Assembly (NCBI GenBank): GCA_015709615.1
Contig: CP054179.1
Coordinates: forward strand, 278,785 to 342,784
Source of the DNA: Gammaproteobacteria bacterium
GTDB lineage: Bacteria > Pseudomonadota > Gammaproteobacteria > Burkholderiales > Nitrosomonadaceae
Reading direction: 5' to 3'
Length of the DNA stretch: 64,000 nt
Shown here piece after piece: positions 19,805-30,162 of this stretch (positions are counted from its first letter, which is position 1; each line of letters begins with the position of its first letter). Both the position numbers and the translations under genes were made by a program. A model generated the notes under the pieces. That model saw nothing but the letters and a program-made list of their open reading frames with translations. It made no database searches and was not told where the DNA came from.

Positions 19805-20839
19805 TTATGGCGGAAGCCCGAGCAGGCTTTTTATCTTGGGATCAAGCTTAGTGGTTTCTGGTGAATTCGATGCTTCTGCTGGCTGCGAGCGGGTGCTATC
19901 GTACAATCTGCCAAAGTTTGCTACATCCTCATCGGATGGTTGTTTTCCTATGGCAATCAAGTCCTGCATGCCTTTCAAAATGAATTGCTCTCGGCTCACG
20001 GTCTTGGATGTGTTCAGGTAGGCAAGCGCATCCCTTTCATTCATGCCGAACCTGGTAGTCAGCATGTTCAGGTTTTGTTCGAGCGATGTTTTCTTGGCAT
20101 TCTTTTGTTGCTGCGATTCTGGTGCGGTGTAAACCGGAGACGCAATACCGTTTCTTGTCTTGACCAGAGTTTGACCCGGTTTCATAACCTTGAAATCATC
20201 CTTGGTTCGTGGACGCACCATGTCATTAATGGATTGCATTTGCGATGCAGTCATCTGCAATAATGGGTTGCCTTGCTTATCCAGCGCTGAAAACAAATAA
20301 TCGCCTGATTGCGGATCGTCGGTCACGGTAACGTTATGCACATCGCCATCTAGTCCAATTTCAGGGTTGGCCTTGCGCATGTCGTTCATGAATTTGATGA
20401 CCTTGCCCTTATCTCCCATCCTCAGCAGGTCGGATAACTTGGCGATACCTGCCATCTGCGCATCCACATTGCTGAATAGGCGTTTGTTCCGATGCTCGGC
20501 CACTACATTCGGGACATCCTCGACAGCGTGATCAGAAAGCACTTTATTAATCAGCGCAGTGTTTGCCTGCGTTGCAAGTTCGTCCGTCTGACGTGCTGCT
20601 GCCGCATCCAATCCGGCGCCTTCATTTTGTAGCTGCTTGAGTGCATTTTGCTCTCGCGGAGCAACCAGATTTAATCCGCTTTGATTGATCGCAGTATTGA
20701 GCCGCGCCCGGCTATTCATTTCTGCGGTTGCGTCAGGTAGCGATGCAACTGCCGCCTTGCGCATCTCATTGGTGTATGCCCGTTCTCTGGCTGCGTCGAT
20801 ACCCTCGAACATTCCGTTTATTAATCCGCCTATTGGCAT
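19805..20839 (-). CDS. hypothetical protein, probable internal virion protein
   Basis: 344-aa ORF between internal-virion-like genes and the giant gene. No domain recognised. Confidence 0.7.
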   Translation of the reverse strand: MPIGGLINGMFEGIDAARERAYTNEMRKAAVASLPDATAEMNSRARLNTAINQSGLNLVAPREQNALKQLQNEGAGLDAAAARQTDELATQANTALINKVLSDHAVEDVPNVVAEHRNKRLFSNVDAQMAGIAKLSDLLRMGDKGKVIKFMNDMRKANPEIGLDGDVHNVTVTDDPQSGDYLFSALDKQGNPLLQMTASQMQSINDMVRPRTKDDFKVMKPGQTLVKTRNGIASPVYTAPESQQQKNAKKTSLEQNLNMLTTRFGMNERDALAYLNTSKTVSREQFILKGMQDLIAIGKQPSDEDVANFGRLYDSTRSQPAEASNSPETTKLDPKIKSLLGLPP

Positions 20840-20856
20840 GTTGTAATCCCCTTTAA

Positions 20857-21423
20857 TTAAGCAGCAAACAAACCGGCTACCTGTCCTCCAGCCTTGCCCA
20901 AATCCTTCGCAAAATTTGTGACTGCACCAAGACCGGCAATCCCTTTGCTGAATTGAGAGTTTGAAATATTTTGCAGGTTGCGTGATGCGTCGCCTGATCC
21001 AGCTATCGATAGTCCAGGTATGCCGCGCCCGATGCCGACAACGGCCGCCCTGCGCTGGAATGCCGTATCCCTGACATTCTGGCGCGCATCGTTCTGCGCC
21101 GCCACATCCGCCAATCCTTGACCGAGGTTTAAATCGGCTAATGCGGCAGTTGCGGCCGGTGAAGATGGGTCAAGCCCAGGCACGCGGCCGAGCCTGTCAT
21201 ACATCTTGCCGAATTGTTGCGCCACAGTACCCGATGCAGTGCTTGCCGCTCGCTCGTAGGCTTCAGGCGTATCGTAATTTTGCACCTGATTGACAAGCTG
21301 CTGTTCTGCTGGTGAGTAAATGTTTTTATACATATCCCACTGTTCTTTTGCTATCTGCGCTTCCAGGTTAGCAGCGTTCTTGGCTGCTTTCTGCGCTTTG
21401 TTGCCACCAAAAATCGACCCCAT
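20857..21423 (-). CDS. hypothetical protein, probable internal virion protein
   Basis: 188-aa Ala/Gly/Gln-rich ORF. ATGA-type junction with the upstream GNAT gene. Confidence 0.7.
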   Translation of the reverse strand: MGSIFGGNKAQKAAKNAANLEAQIAKEQWDMYKNIYSPAEQQLVNQVQNYDTPEAYERAASTASGTVAQQFGKMYDRLGRVPGLDPSSPAATAALADLNLGQGLADVAAQNDARQNVRDTAFQRRAAVVGIGRGIPGLSIAGSGDASRNLQNISNSQFSKGIAGLGAVTNFAKDLGKAGGQVAGLFAA

Positions 21424-21896
21424 TATTTCAGCTCCTTGATGTAGAAAACATCATATGAAATAAATCCTAATTTCTTGTAAATTCTTTCCAGCTTGCTCAT
21501 GTTGTCGTTGAACATGCTGCTGCGCATGCTGAGTTTGTTTCCGCCCTCTTCAGTCGCCCAGCTCACCAGAAAATTAAGCAGTGATCTCCACAGCAACCCG
21601 CGATGGTCTTTATCAACCCACCAAAAAACCTCTTGCGCCACTTTGTAATCCGGATTGAACCATAATTGCATTATTTCACCGGCGATCATGCCGCATAACG
21701 CGCCGTCTTCTTTTTCTGCCACGAACACAACGCCATAACCGCCTGTCGACAGATCGGCAACTTTGCTGATAAAGCTCCTGACATCCAGCGGAATTTCATC
21801 CTTTATGGGTGAAGTTTCGTGCATGGCAAGCGCCATTCTGCATAATTCACTGGTGTCGCTTGGTATGGCCTTTCTGATCGTTATCATAGGCATCAA
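21423..21896 (-). CDS. GNAT-family N-acetyltransferase
   Basis: 157-aa ORF with GNAT-like layout (VFVAEKEDGALCGMIAG..., WVDKDHRG, C-terminal YKKLGF). Confidence 0.7.
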   Translation of the reverse strand: MMPMITIRKAIPSDTSELCRMALAMHETSPIKDEIPLDVRSFISKVADLSTGGYGVVFVAEKEDGALCGMIAGEIMQLWFNPDYKVAQEVFWWVDKDHRGLLWRSLLNFLVSWATEEGGNKLSMRSSMFNDNMSKLERIYKKLGFISYDVFYIKELK

Positions 21897-21899
21897 TAA

Positions 21900-22313
21900 T
21901 TAATTCGATGGCTTTGACGGCCAAACGATGTTCATTGGATCCTGCTGGTTTGTAATATCGCGTAGCTTTTGGCGGTAATCGATCCATGCTTGCATCGTAA
22001 GCGCTGGAACATCGGGTAATTGCGTCCAGTCGCTTTGCTGAAGCAGTGTGTTTCTTTTCATGCGGACATCGCGCCAAGCCAATTCTTCACTAAACACCCA
22101 GGCGGAGCGCACATAATCCCATTCGTGGAACGGTGATGGTTTATCGGTCATGTGCATGATCTGGCCATTACGCACGTACACTTTTTGCACATCATTGACA
22201 GATTCATCAATGATTACGCCAAGTTCATCGGTTTCCAACCTCTCCACATAAAAGGATGTTCCGGATGAGAGCACCTTCCCGGTTTTTTTCTCGTACAGCA
22301 CATACTTTTTCAT
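21900..22313 (-). CDS. tail fibre assembly protein (Tfa-type chaperone)
   Basis: 137 aa. C-terminal RNTLLQQSDWTQLPD...W..YRQKLRDI signature of phage tail-fibre assembly proteins. Directly downstream of a fibre gene. Confidence 0.8.
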   Translation of the reverse strand: MKKYVLYEKKTGKVLSSGTSFYVERLETDELGVIIDESVNDVQKVYVRNGQIMHMTDKPSPFHEWDYVRSAWVFSEELAWRDVRMKRNTLLQQSDWTQLPDVPALTMQAWIDYRQKLRDITNQQDPMNIVWPSKPSN

Positions 22314-23716
22314 CGCTGCAACCCTATTGCAAATAAACCGGTAGCGCCCAGGTTTCTAGCTCCGCCCGATATGCTGTATTGAAATGATATTGAATGCGTC
22401 CCGGCCCCTACATCGTATCCGCCAATGGCAACCGCTGAACCGGAAAACTGATCGGCCATCGATATTCCTACCTCCGGTCCGTAAATGCCATCGCACAATG
22501 TTTTCAAATATCCACTTGCCGCTGCTTCCCCTGGCGGTGAAATCCAGTTCGCCATCGCCAGAACCAGAATTTTACCCGGCTGCCCCATATACAAATAAGC
22601 GGCCGGCGCGTATCCGTAACCGGAACCGCCCACCGGCACGGTTACGGCATTGCCTTTGATGGTCAGCGTATCGACCGCTGCAACACCGATCTTTGCGGTA
22701 TCGATCGTTCCGTCTTTGATCGCTGCACTCTCGATATAAACGCCGGGCTGTACCGTCCGGCCATTGATCACTTGCGGCGTGGTAAGAACGATGAACGGTA
22801 TTCTTATTTTCTGAGCGTTCGGGCTGTTCTTGTTGTAGGTGGGCGATACTATCGAAAATCTGTCTGCACGGATCAGGAAGTCACTGCTGCTATCCGACGA
22901 TGACAAGCCAAACCCGCTGATCAATCCATTTACATCGAGCTTGAGCGTGTATTGAGAAAATAGTTTCCCGTCGGCATCCGCGCGCGCCGTCGATTCTGCG
23001 GCTATGGATGCAGTGTGGCCATTGATGGTTGACTGCATGGTATCTGTCTTGGTGGACAGAGCCGCCACATTGTTTGCTGTCGTGGTTTGTTGGGTCTGAA
23101 TGAGTCCTATATTTTCATTGACGCTTGCGTATTGCGTATTGACATGCTCAGTGATGGCATTGTCGGCATTTACCCGCTGGGTGGTTTCTGATTGGATAGC
23201 CGTTTCCGAGTTATCTACCCGCACCCCGAGATTGTCAATGTTAGTTTGTAGCGCAGTGTCGCCATCAATGCGCGATTGCCGGTCATTATTGGCAACCACT
23301 TCAATTTGACCGATCTGATCGAATATGCCGCCCGGCTTATCGATGTAATCGACGCGCTCACCCAGGTCACGGAATACGGCTGAATTGATGATCTGAGTTT
23401 GCAGATCGGACAATATGCCATCTATGTCACCGGGTTTTATCGATGTGCCGCCGCCGGAATTTCCGGATTGATCATTGCTTACGGTTTGCAGCAGCGATTT
23501 CAGCGTTTGCGCGCTGCCGCCTGAACCGATGCGCAGATTCTCGACATCCTTCTTAGTGATAAAAGCATTGTCGCCGTTACCGGATACGCCATTGCGCACA
23601 TTCCAGCCGTCGGCGATGGCGCGCAGCACGGTGCGCACATTCTCATCGGCAATCGCATTCAGAACACCATCCGGTATTCCAGGTATCCCCTTGAATCTGT
23701 CGGCAAGATCACTCAT
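22310..23716 (-). CDS. tail fibre protein
   Basis: 468-aa ORF with a conserved-looking N-terminus, a coiled/repetitive middle (T/Q/N/A-rich) and a Gly-rich C-terminus. Followed by Tfa. Confidence 0.7.
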   Translation of the reverse strand: MSDLADRFKGIPGIPDGVLNAIADENVRTVLRAIADGWNVRNGVSGNGDNAFITKKDVENLRIGSGGSAQTLKSLLQTVSNDQSGNSGGGTSIKPGDIDGILSDLQTQIINSAVFRDLGERVDYIDKPGGIFDQIGQIEVVANNDRQSRIDGDTALQTNIDNLGVRVDNSETAIQSETTQRVNADNAITEHVNTQYASVNENIGLIQTQQTTTANNVAALSTKTDTMQSTINGHTASIAAESTARADADGKLFSQYTLKLDVNGLISGFGLSSSDSSSDFLIRADRFSIVSPTYNKNSPNAQKIRIPFIVLTTPQVINGRTVQPGVYIESAAIKDGTIDTAKIGVAAVDTLTIKGNAVTVPVGGSGYGYAPAAYLYMGQPGKILVLAMANWISPPGEAAASGYLKTLCDGIYGPEVGISMADQFSGSAVAIGGYDVGAGTHSISFQYSISGGARNLGATGLFAIGLQR

Positions 23717-25680
23717 AGCGCGACCAATTCTTTGAACGTTTGCGCTACACGCAACTCACGAAACCGGCCATTCCCGGTAATCCTGATCCGGTACCGGTCG
23801 GATTCGTACCCTGATGGCAACCTGAAATCCGTTTGACCGGTTGCGACGGCTTGAGAGTGTTTCAATTGATACTCAAAAAATCCGGTTGCATAGTTTTTTA
23901 CATACGCCCAAAACTCGATAGTCCAATTCCCTTCAACGACGGCCTGCGCTGCGCCGAAGTTCAAGGGCTGCAATAAAACCTTTTCTGCCGATTGCCATGT
24001 CGCATTCTGCGACGAACCACCGGCGAACTGATAAAGCTTATTGCCATTGGCATAATAAAACTGGTCGGATACCGGATTGACGAACGAGCACTTGGCCACG
24101 AAATCCGGCAAATCCGTCATGGTTCCACCGGCTTCATCAAACCGGATCATGAACGGCGTAAATGCGTTATCGTGCGAATAAACCACCAGACGGCCATCCC
24201 ATACAGCGAAATGCATGGATGACAATCCACTGCCGTAGCGCTGCCGCCACACTTCCCGCGTAAAAAAGTTCTGGCTTTCGACCAAGCTTCCGGTTACGCC
24301 ATTGATAGACACAATGCCGTCATGACTCGCATACACAATCAAGCCATCCGCCACAGCCATAGACCACTTGGAAACCCCGGCTTGATCGATATTGATCTTA
24401 CTCACCGTCATGGCATCCGGAGACACACCGGACACTAGATAAGGCTGTGACTTGGTTGTCGCAATCGCGCCCGATCCGGCCACGATGAGCCCCATGATTT
24501 CATAAGGCAACGGTTTCGCGTATCCGGGTGGCCATGCCCACGGCTTGTAGGGTTCGGACAGGTATATATTTTTCTGATCGAACGCCATCAATATGCCATT
24601 GGGAAGTATGGATAACCCGCTGACAGGCTGAGGCGCGTAATAATTGGTCGATGACAGCAGTTCATTGAGCATTGCACCGGCAACGTTATCCCTGAACACC
24701 AGCGAGCCGGAATCCGACAACACGTAGAGCGATCCGACATAATAGAAATCGGTGACATCCGCACCCGATGGCGTGCGATAAATGCGTATTTCCTTGATCG
24801 GCGCATAATCTGAAATACTGTCCTTAACAACCGTGACATCCACCTCGAATGTGGGCAGCAGCGTCGTTATCGCGTAACTGCTTGGCGGCCCCTCTTCATT
24901 GTAAATGTTGACGTAGGTGTAAACGTAAGCGCGCGCTTCCTTGTCCGCTTCATTGATCGTCAGCGTTATTTTTGCTGTGTAGGTCGTAACACCGTCGCCT
25001 GGGTCTTTGGTAATGTCGAGCGTGTATAAATTGGTTGAGCTGTCGAATGATGAATTGGTGGTGTAAATATCGAATATCAGCGTGTCGTCTGATTTCCAGC
25101 TGGCTGTCATGCGCAGTACGGGAAAAGCCGTTGATGGCGTGCTCTCATCCCGTGCCGGTGGCGTGAATTGCGCCGTGCTGTCGGATAATATGGTTGGATT
25201 TATCGTCTGTTCCTGGTACTTAACCCCGACAGATTCCCAATGAAACGTAAAAACAATATTGGCTTTGCTCGCGTCGGGCACATTGACCGAAGTAACCAAG
25301 GAAGGTGCAACCGACGGACGTGGAACGCCCACGCGATAAGATGTCGACGGCGGACCTCCGTTGACTCTCGTCCCTGTTCTTGAAGCAACACGGATAAGAT
25401 TGTCTTGTGTGAAATAAACTCGGTCGAATGGATCGTTGACCAGCGGAGAACGCACAGCGTCGGCGTCATTGAGCCACGAATAGAAGGTTAATCCGTTATC
25501 CGTGTATATGCCCTTGGGTGAATTGGATAGCGTCAGGTATTCAAAACCACCTTTGGTATTGCGCAGTTCACCATAGGCAAAATCGCAATTCTTTGCGTCA
25601 GTCGCTTCGTTTTCCTGTAACAGTGATTCCGGCGCGCGTGGCCTTATGCCGGAAAACACATTGAGTTTGAAACCTGCCAT
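23713..25680 (-). CDS. tail-associated structural protein (function uncertain)
   Basis: 655-aa ORF in the tail block. The N-terminus MAGFKLNVFSG...NCDF..GELR resembles podophage tail/stabilisation proteins from memory only. Confidence 0.6.
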   Translation of the reverse strand: MAGFKLNVFSGIRPRAPESLLQENEATDAKNCDFAYGELRNTKGGFEYLTLSNSPKGIYTDNGLTFYSWLNDADAVRSPLVNDPFDRVYFTQDNLIRVASRTGTRVNGGPPSTSYRVGVPRPSVAPSLVTSVNVPDASKANIVFTFHWESVGVKYQEQTINPTILSDSTAQFTPPARDESTPSTAFPVLRMTASWKSDDTLIFDIYTTNSSFDSSTNLYTLDITKDPGDGVTTYTAKITLTINEADKEARAYVYTYVNIYNEEGPPSSYAITTLLPTFEVDVTVVKDSISDYAPIKEIRIYRTPSGADVTDFYYVGSLYVLSDSGSLVFRDNVAGAMLNELLSSTNYYAPQPVSGLSILPNGILMAFDQKNIYLSEPYKPWAWPPGYAKPLPYEIMGLIVAGSGAIATTKSQPYLVSGVSPDAMTVSKINIDQAGVSKWSMAVADGLIVYASHDGIVSINGVTGSLVESQNFFTREVWRQRYGSGLSSMHFAVWDGRLVVYSHDNAFTPFMIRFDEAGGTMTDLPDFVAKCSFVNPVSDQFYYANGNKLYQFAGGSSQNATWQSAEKVLLQPLNFGAAQAVVEGNWTIEFWAYVKNYATGFFEYQLKHSQAVATGQTDFRLPSGYESDRYRIRITGNGRFRELRVAQTFKELVAL

Positions 25681-25699
25681 TGATGCGCTCCTGTGCCAT

Positions 25700-26080
25700 T
25701 TATTGCGGAACGTACGAAAGTATTTGAGTTCTTCTTTCAGGATTTAACAGGCTTTGATCAACCAAGTAATTGAGCATTTCTTGTACAGCAGAAAGAGATA
25801 AATCAACCGTTTCCGTGCGTTGATCATCCAATAGTGCGTAAAAATCCTGGACAACTGCATTCGTCTCCCTGGCTGCATTGATCGCCACTCGCTCTTCTAT
25901 TGTGAAAAGCAATTTGAATTCTATGACCGAAACCTTGGCTGGTAACTTTACCGGTTCGTATTCTGTGCCCGTGGAATCCATTAATCTTTGATTGCCGCAA
26001 TCCCAAACACCATTATGAAAAACAGGAGTGCTGGAAACTTCAATGACTTCTCCAGAGCTGATACGTCTGATTTGTGCCAT
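25700..26080 (-). CDS. hypothetical protein
   Basis: 126-aa ORF in the tail block. Confidence 0.7.
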   Translation of the reverse strand: MAQIRRISSGEVIEVSSTPVFHNGVWDCGNQRLMDSTGTEYEPVKLPAKVSVIEFKLLFTIEERVAINAARETNAVVQDFYALLDDQRTETVDLSLSAVQEMLNYLVDQSLLNPERRTQILSYVPQ

Positions 26081-26084
26081 TTAT

Positions 26085-27650
26085 CTAACCCCCTACTCCT
26101 TTTAATGTAACGCTCAACGGCAAAATTGCACCGGCATTGCCCGTGATTGGATTTGCGGCGTGATTAAAACCGGTCGCAACACCGCCGATAGGATTAATCT
26201 CATAGGCTCCGGCCTCGGAATACATTCTGACGGCCGCATCGGCAGCCACTGAGTTCTGAGCAGCCCCGATGATTGCCGTTCTGGCGTACTTGCCAACACA
26301 TAAATTAGTGGCACCACTGTTTGTGTAGTCATACATGGCGATGAAAGAACGATCTCCGCCCGGTATGACTCTAGGATAAAAGCCGTTTGTAGTGCTTGGC
26401 GCAACACCAAACTTAGTGTCGCTGCTGGCCAATAAACTGCCTGTCTTGGTTGAAATCACCCACATCACGGGAGATAAAGCCGACGATCCGGACATTGAAA
26501 TGGCGCAGATAAGACCGTTTTCATAAAACGCATCCAGATAAAGCCCGTACTGTGATGGCGAAATGGTCGTGATCGTCGTGGTTCCGCCGGTTCCAGTTAC
26601 CGGTAATTTGCTGGTAACACATTTAGAATCAGTGTTGCGATGCCAAATCAGCCAGAAATCAGTTCCGTCCGATAGCAACTTGGTTATATTGGAATTGCCG
26701 CTACCAGCGGTCGATGCGAACGTGAATTCACTGCCTTGCAATACACCTGAATTGTTGAACACATAGGCTTTCTGGTTGGTTCCATTTGGCCTTGAGATGG
26801 CAAAATAACCGTTCATTATCGCCATTTCAGGGAATATTGAAACCGACGTGGTATCCAGTGAAGTGAATGAAAGCACTGACACACCGGCCGTGGTTACAAC
26901 GCCATAATAGAGTCCTATGCTAGAGGATGTGTTAACGCTGGAAACGGCAATTGCTAAGTTGCCATTACTCAGCTGAATCATTTTGTGATATTGGTTCCCG
27001 CTTGCTCCGGTTCTTGTCCATATCGTCGTGGGCGAGAGCACGGCATTGCCTGAATTATCGAACGTCGCCAGCTTGCTGTTCAATGGCGAAGAGCTATCCT
27101 GAAACACAACGGCAAAACCGCCGCCCGATAATGCCACAGCCGAAAAATAGGTATTGTTCGACGCGGTAATGGCGGTTAATGCTTTAACAGTAACAAGATT
27201 TGCATCAAATACCGCTATTTGTATGGATGACGCATCCTTTCCAATGCACGCAATGTTGCCGTTGCTGAGTTTAAGAATATGGTCATTTGTGAATGCCAAA
27301 GCCGATATGGAAACGCTATTGACCAGCGAACCATTGGCGGAAAACTTATTCAACAAAAAAGGATTGGATAGCGTGAATATTTCACCATTCTCGTTATTCA
27401 CGACGGCTTGACGGCTAAAAGCAGCGGTAACAGCAGAAGATACATTGGTTTGCGCAATGATCATTCCCGTGCTGTCATTTGTTTGCTGGGTTCCCAAGTC
27501 AACATTGCCGACAGCCGCAAAGTTGGCTATTGCCGCTTTTCTGCCTTTGCCGTCGGTCGCATCCAGATAGACCAAATCCTTGAAGGTCAATGATTCGCCC
27601 GCAATCAAGCCGCTCGTGTTCTTTATTGGATTGAAATCTGACAATTGCAT
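26085..27650 (-). CDS. hypothetical tail/fibre-like protein with repeated beta-strand motifs
   Basis: 521 aa with recurring LSNGN/ LSGGG / LSDG motifs that suggest a propeller-like repeat. Confidence 0.65.
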   Translation of the reverse strand: MQLSDFNPIKNTSGLIAGESLTFKDLVYLDATDGKGRKAAIANFAAVGNVDLGTQQTNDSTGMIIAQTNVSSAVTAAFSRQAVVNNENGEIFTLSNPFLLNKFSANGSLVNSVSISALAFTNDHILKLSNGNIACIGKDASSIQIAVFDANLVTVKALTAITASNNTYFSAVALSGGGFAVVFQDSSSPLNSKLATFDNSGNAVLSPTTIWTRTGASGNQYHKMIQLSNGNLAIAVSSVNTSSSIGLYYGVVTTAGVSVLSFTSLDTTSVSIFPEMAIMNGYFAISRPNGTNQKAYVFNNSGVLQGSEFTFASTAGSGNSNITKLLSDGTDFWLIWHRNTDSKCVTSKLPVTGTGGTTTITTISPSQYGLYLDAFYENGLICAISMSGSSALSPVMWVISTKTGSLLASSDTKFGVAPSTTNGFYPRVIPGGDRSFIAMYDYTNSGATNLCVGKYARTAIIGAAQNSVAADAAVRMYSEAGAYEINPIGGVATGFNHAANPITGNAGAILPLSVTLKGVGG

Positions 27651-27651
27651 T

Positions 27652-28275
27652 TTAGATAGCCCTCCAGCCTGATGCTGTGTAGATGAACGATAAAGTCAGA
27701 CCTGCAACGTTGAGAATGAAGTTTTCAGCCTGAGAATTGCCAAAAGGATCGACAAAATTCGATCCGTTGCGATTGAGAGTTACCGGATTTGCCGCCCAGC
27801 TGGACAAAGCGTCCGATAATTCAACGATGTCGCCAAGCGACGGTGATGACGGCATATTGACAGCAAAACTGCCAGATGTTGAATCGATAAAGTAATGTAT
27901 CTTTGGCGCCAGCGTAGCCGATGAATTGACATAAGCCATCGCGTTATTGCTGCTGGTGGCGATGTTGCTCAACGTGCCCGCTGTAATTCTCATTTCAATG
28001 CGCGCACCAGCAGACCACGCGACGGCCGTGGTTCCTTCCTGGCCGCGCACAACCGTCAATCCATCGGTAGCCCGCGCGGTTACTTTGACAATCTCCCAGG
28101 CGTTTTCTGCGCCGTTGCCGTCAACACCGATCAATGTTGCAAGAAAATAATCACCGCCGGTTGGAGACGGAAAACGCGCACCTTGTCCTGTTGCCAATGA
28201 GATCACGGTCGATGAATCCGATATGCCGCCAGACAAAGAACCGAATGCATTGTTTTTGTATAGCTGTTGTCCCAT
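27652..28275 (-). CDS. tail fibre N-terminal-domain protein
   Basis: 207 aa. LATGQGARFPSP...YFLATL...WEIVKVTARATDGLTVVRGQEGT pattern common at fibre N-termini. Confidence 0.6.
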   Translation of the reverse strand: MGQQLYKNNAFGSLSGGISDSSTVISLATGQGARFPSPTGGDYFLATLIGVDGNGAENAWEIVKVTARATDGLTVVRGQEGTTAVAWSAGARIEMRITAGTLSNIATSSNNAMAYVNSSATLAPKIHYFIDSTSGSFAVNMPSSPSLGDIVELSDALSSWAANPVTLNRNGSNFVDPFGNSQAENFILNVAGLTLSFIYTASGWRAI

Positions 28276-28277
28276 TT

Positions 28278-28556
28278 TTAGGTGTCTTTAACCGTTATCT
28301 TAAATTCATCCTGCTTGACGCGGCCATCCGCCGTTGTCGTTGTGATGGTGAGCTTGTATTTCGATCCGCTCGCGCCGCCGGATACCCAAATTTTCACCTT
28401 TGGATCGTTGACGAATATCGATTCAACGGTTAATCCGTCCGGGGTTACTGAAACCCTCGCAGATTCGACGTTATCCCCGGAGGTCAACCACTGACTGTAA
28501 TCAACGTCGTAATCGGTGACATCGATCGGCTGTTTCGTAAAGCTTCCTAGATTCAT
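28278..28556 (-). CDS. hypothetical small structural protein
   Basis: 92-aa ORF whose start overlaps the upstream gene's stop by 4 nt (28553-28556). Confidence 0.65.
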   Translation of the reverse strand: MNLGSFTKQPIDVTDYDVDYSQWLTSGDNVESARVSVTPDGLTVESIFVNDPKVKIWVSGGASGSKYKLTITTTTADGRVKQDEFKITVKDT

Positions 28557-29740
28557 GCGGCCACCAACATGGTTCTATCATCGGGATCAATAATCATGGT
28601 GCGATCAACGGGATCAACAATCATATAGCGGTCGTCCGGCGCGCTTATCTCCGAGTTGGCAATACCGTAGGCTCTGCCCACGATAGCCGTGGCCAATGCT
28701 GCCGTGACACTTCCATATTGAATGACCGTTGCATTGCAATTTGATATAACCGCCCCTGCTTGATTGCTCGCGTTGCTGTAAAACAGTTTCCCGCCGAGCG
28801 CATTTACCGCCACGGCATTTGCTGATGCGTTGACCAACCCGGCATACTTCATCTTGGCCTTTGGCCTGTTCGCTGTGGCTGCGGCACCTGCGGATACGGT
28901 CGGCATTACCATGCGCACACCGTTTGCATTGATTACCGCGGCCTGAGCGGTAGCCGATACCGTCGGGAAGAATCGCATAGTGGCAACCGTAGGCTGTGCG
29001 GTGCTTGATGCATTTGCACTCGCGGCCCCAGGATGGACAATGTGCGCATTGGCATTAAAAGCATCGGAATTGCCGAAACTGAATACCCCAAGCGTCGTTG
29101 ATACGCTCGTTTTCGTGCCGTCGATTGTTGCCGTAGCTGAAGCAATGGCGTTGCAATAACCGTCGTTGCGATAAAAACTATCGCCACTGAGCTTTATTGA
29201 AGCATCGATGCTGGCAATGAGTGCATTGCAGTTTGCCGAGACGCTGCCGTATCGGGTGACATCAGCCCCGGATACTGTTCCTGTTGCGGATGCCGTGACA
29301 CTGGACGCTCCCGGTTTTACTCTGTGCGCATCGGCATTAATGACCGAACAGCCACAAGTAACTGAGGCTTCGCCGAGCTCCTGCGCAACCAGCGCATAAC
29401 CGTCGGCTGTTGCGTTTCCGCTCGCTTCTGCCAGTAATGTCCGCAATGCAAAAACATTACTTGTTGCGGTAGCCGTCGCATTTACAGATCCCGCGTAAGT
29501 AACATTAGGATCAATATCAGCTGATGCCGTAGCATTTCCAACCGCAAAACCATGAACGATTTTATTTTCGCTGACAGTAACCGTTACCGCAGCATTGGCC
29601 AATACGGAAGCATATGCGGTGCGCTTGGGCTCTATGCTGACGGCCGTGGCTGTAGCAATGGCGACAGCAGCGGCATGGATCACCCAAGAAGGCGATCCAT
29701 TGCCGTTAACTGAAAAACCATTGATGCTTTTGCTATTCAC
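28553..29740 (-). CDS. Ala/Ser/Thr/Asn-rich repeat protein
   Basis: 395-aa low-complexity ORF with C-terminal DRYMIVDPVDRTMIIDPDDRTMLV repeats. Confidence 0.65.
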   Translation of the reverse strand: MNSKSINGFSVNGNGSPSWVIHAAAVAIATATAVSIEPKRTAYASVLANAAVTVTVSENKIVHGFAVGNATASADIDPNVTYAGSVNATATATSNVFALRTLLAEASGNATADGYALVAQELGEASVTCGCSVINADAHRVKPGASSVTASATGTVSGADVTRYGSVSANCNALIASIDASIKLSGDSFYRNDGYCNAIASATATIDGTKTSVSTTLGVFSFGNSDAFNANAHIVHPGAASANASSTAQPTVATMRFFPTVSATAQAAVINANGVRMVMPTVSAGAAATANRPKAKMKYAGLVNASANAVAVNALGGKLFYSNASNQAGAVISNCNATVIQYGSVTAALATAIVGRAYGIANSEISAPDDRYMIVDPVDRTMIIDPDDRTMLVAA

Positions 29741-29751
29741 GGCCGATCGCC

Positions 29752-30150
29752 TTAATCAAGCCCGAATACCAGCGCATTGGCAGCAAAAGCCAGAACATCT
29801 CCAGGAGCCAATGTTTTTGGCGCGTTCATCTGTGCATATAGCAAACGATTACCGGCCGTTGCAGCGTCGTACACTACAATATGTGTAATTGTAACGCTCG
29901 CCGACGCATTGCCGTTAGCCGGGAATGTGACCACGCCGGAATTCTTGGTTTGTCCGTTCACATCAATTGCGGTCCATGCCGCTGATTGCCGCGCGTATCC
30001 GGTATAAGCCGTTTCAGTTCCTCCGGATGCTTCGCCAGGATCAGACTCGAAGAGCGCTATATACACGGTTGAAGGCGGAGTAATGGCGTTATTTCTTAGG
30101 AAGTGCTCGACTATCTTCTCTTCCAGGTAATTTGTAAAAGCACCGGGCAT
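29752..30150 (-). CDS. hypothetical structural protein
   Basis: 132-aa ORF in the virion module. Confidence 0.7.
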   Translation of the reverse strand: MPGAFTNYLEEKIVEHFLRNNAITPPSTVYIALFESDPGEASGGTETAYTGYARQSAAWTAIDVNGQTKNSGVVTFPANGNASASVTITHIVVYDAATAGNRLLYAQMNAPKTLAPGDVLAFAANALVFGLD

Positions 30151-30162
30151 GGCGTGTCTCCT

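Noticed and set aside
22310-29740. A diversity-generating retroelement acting on the fibre genes, considered because some related-looking podophages carry one.
   Set aside because: There is no reverse transcriptase and no template or variable repeat pair, and I did not recognise a C-type-lectin-like C-terminal variable region.
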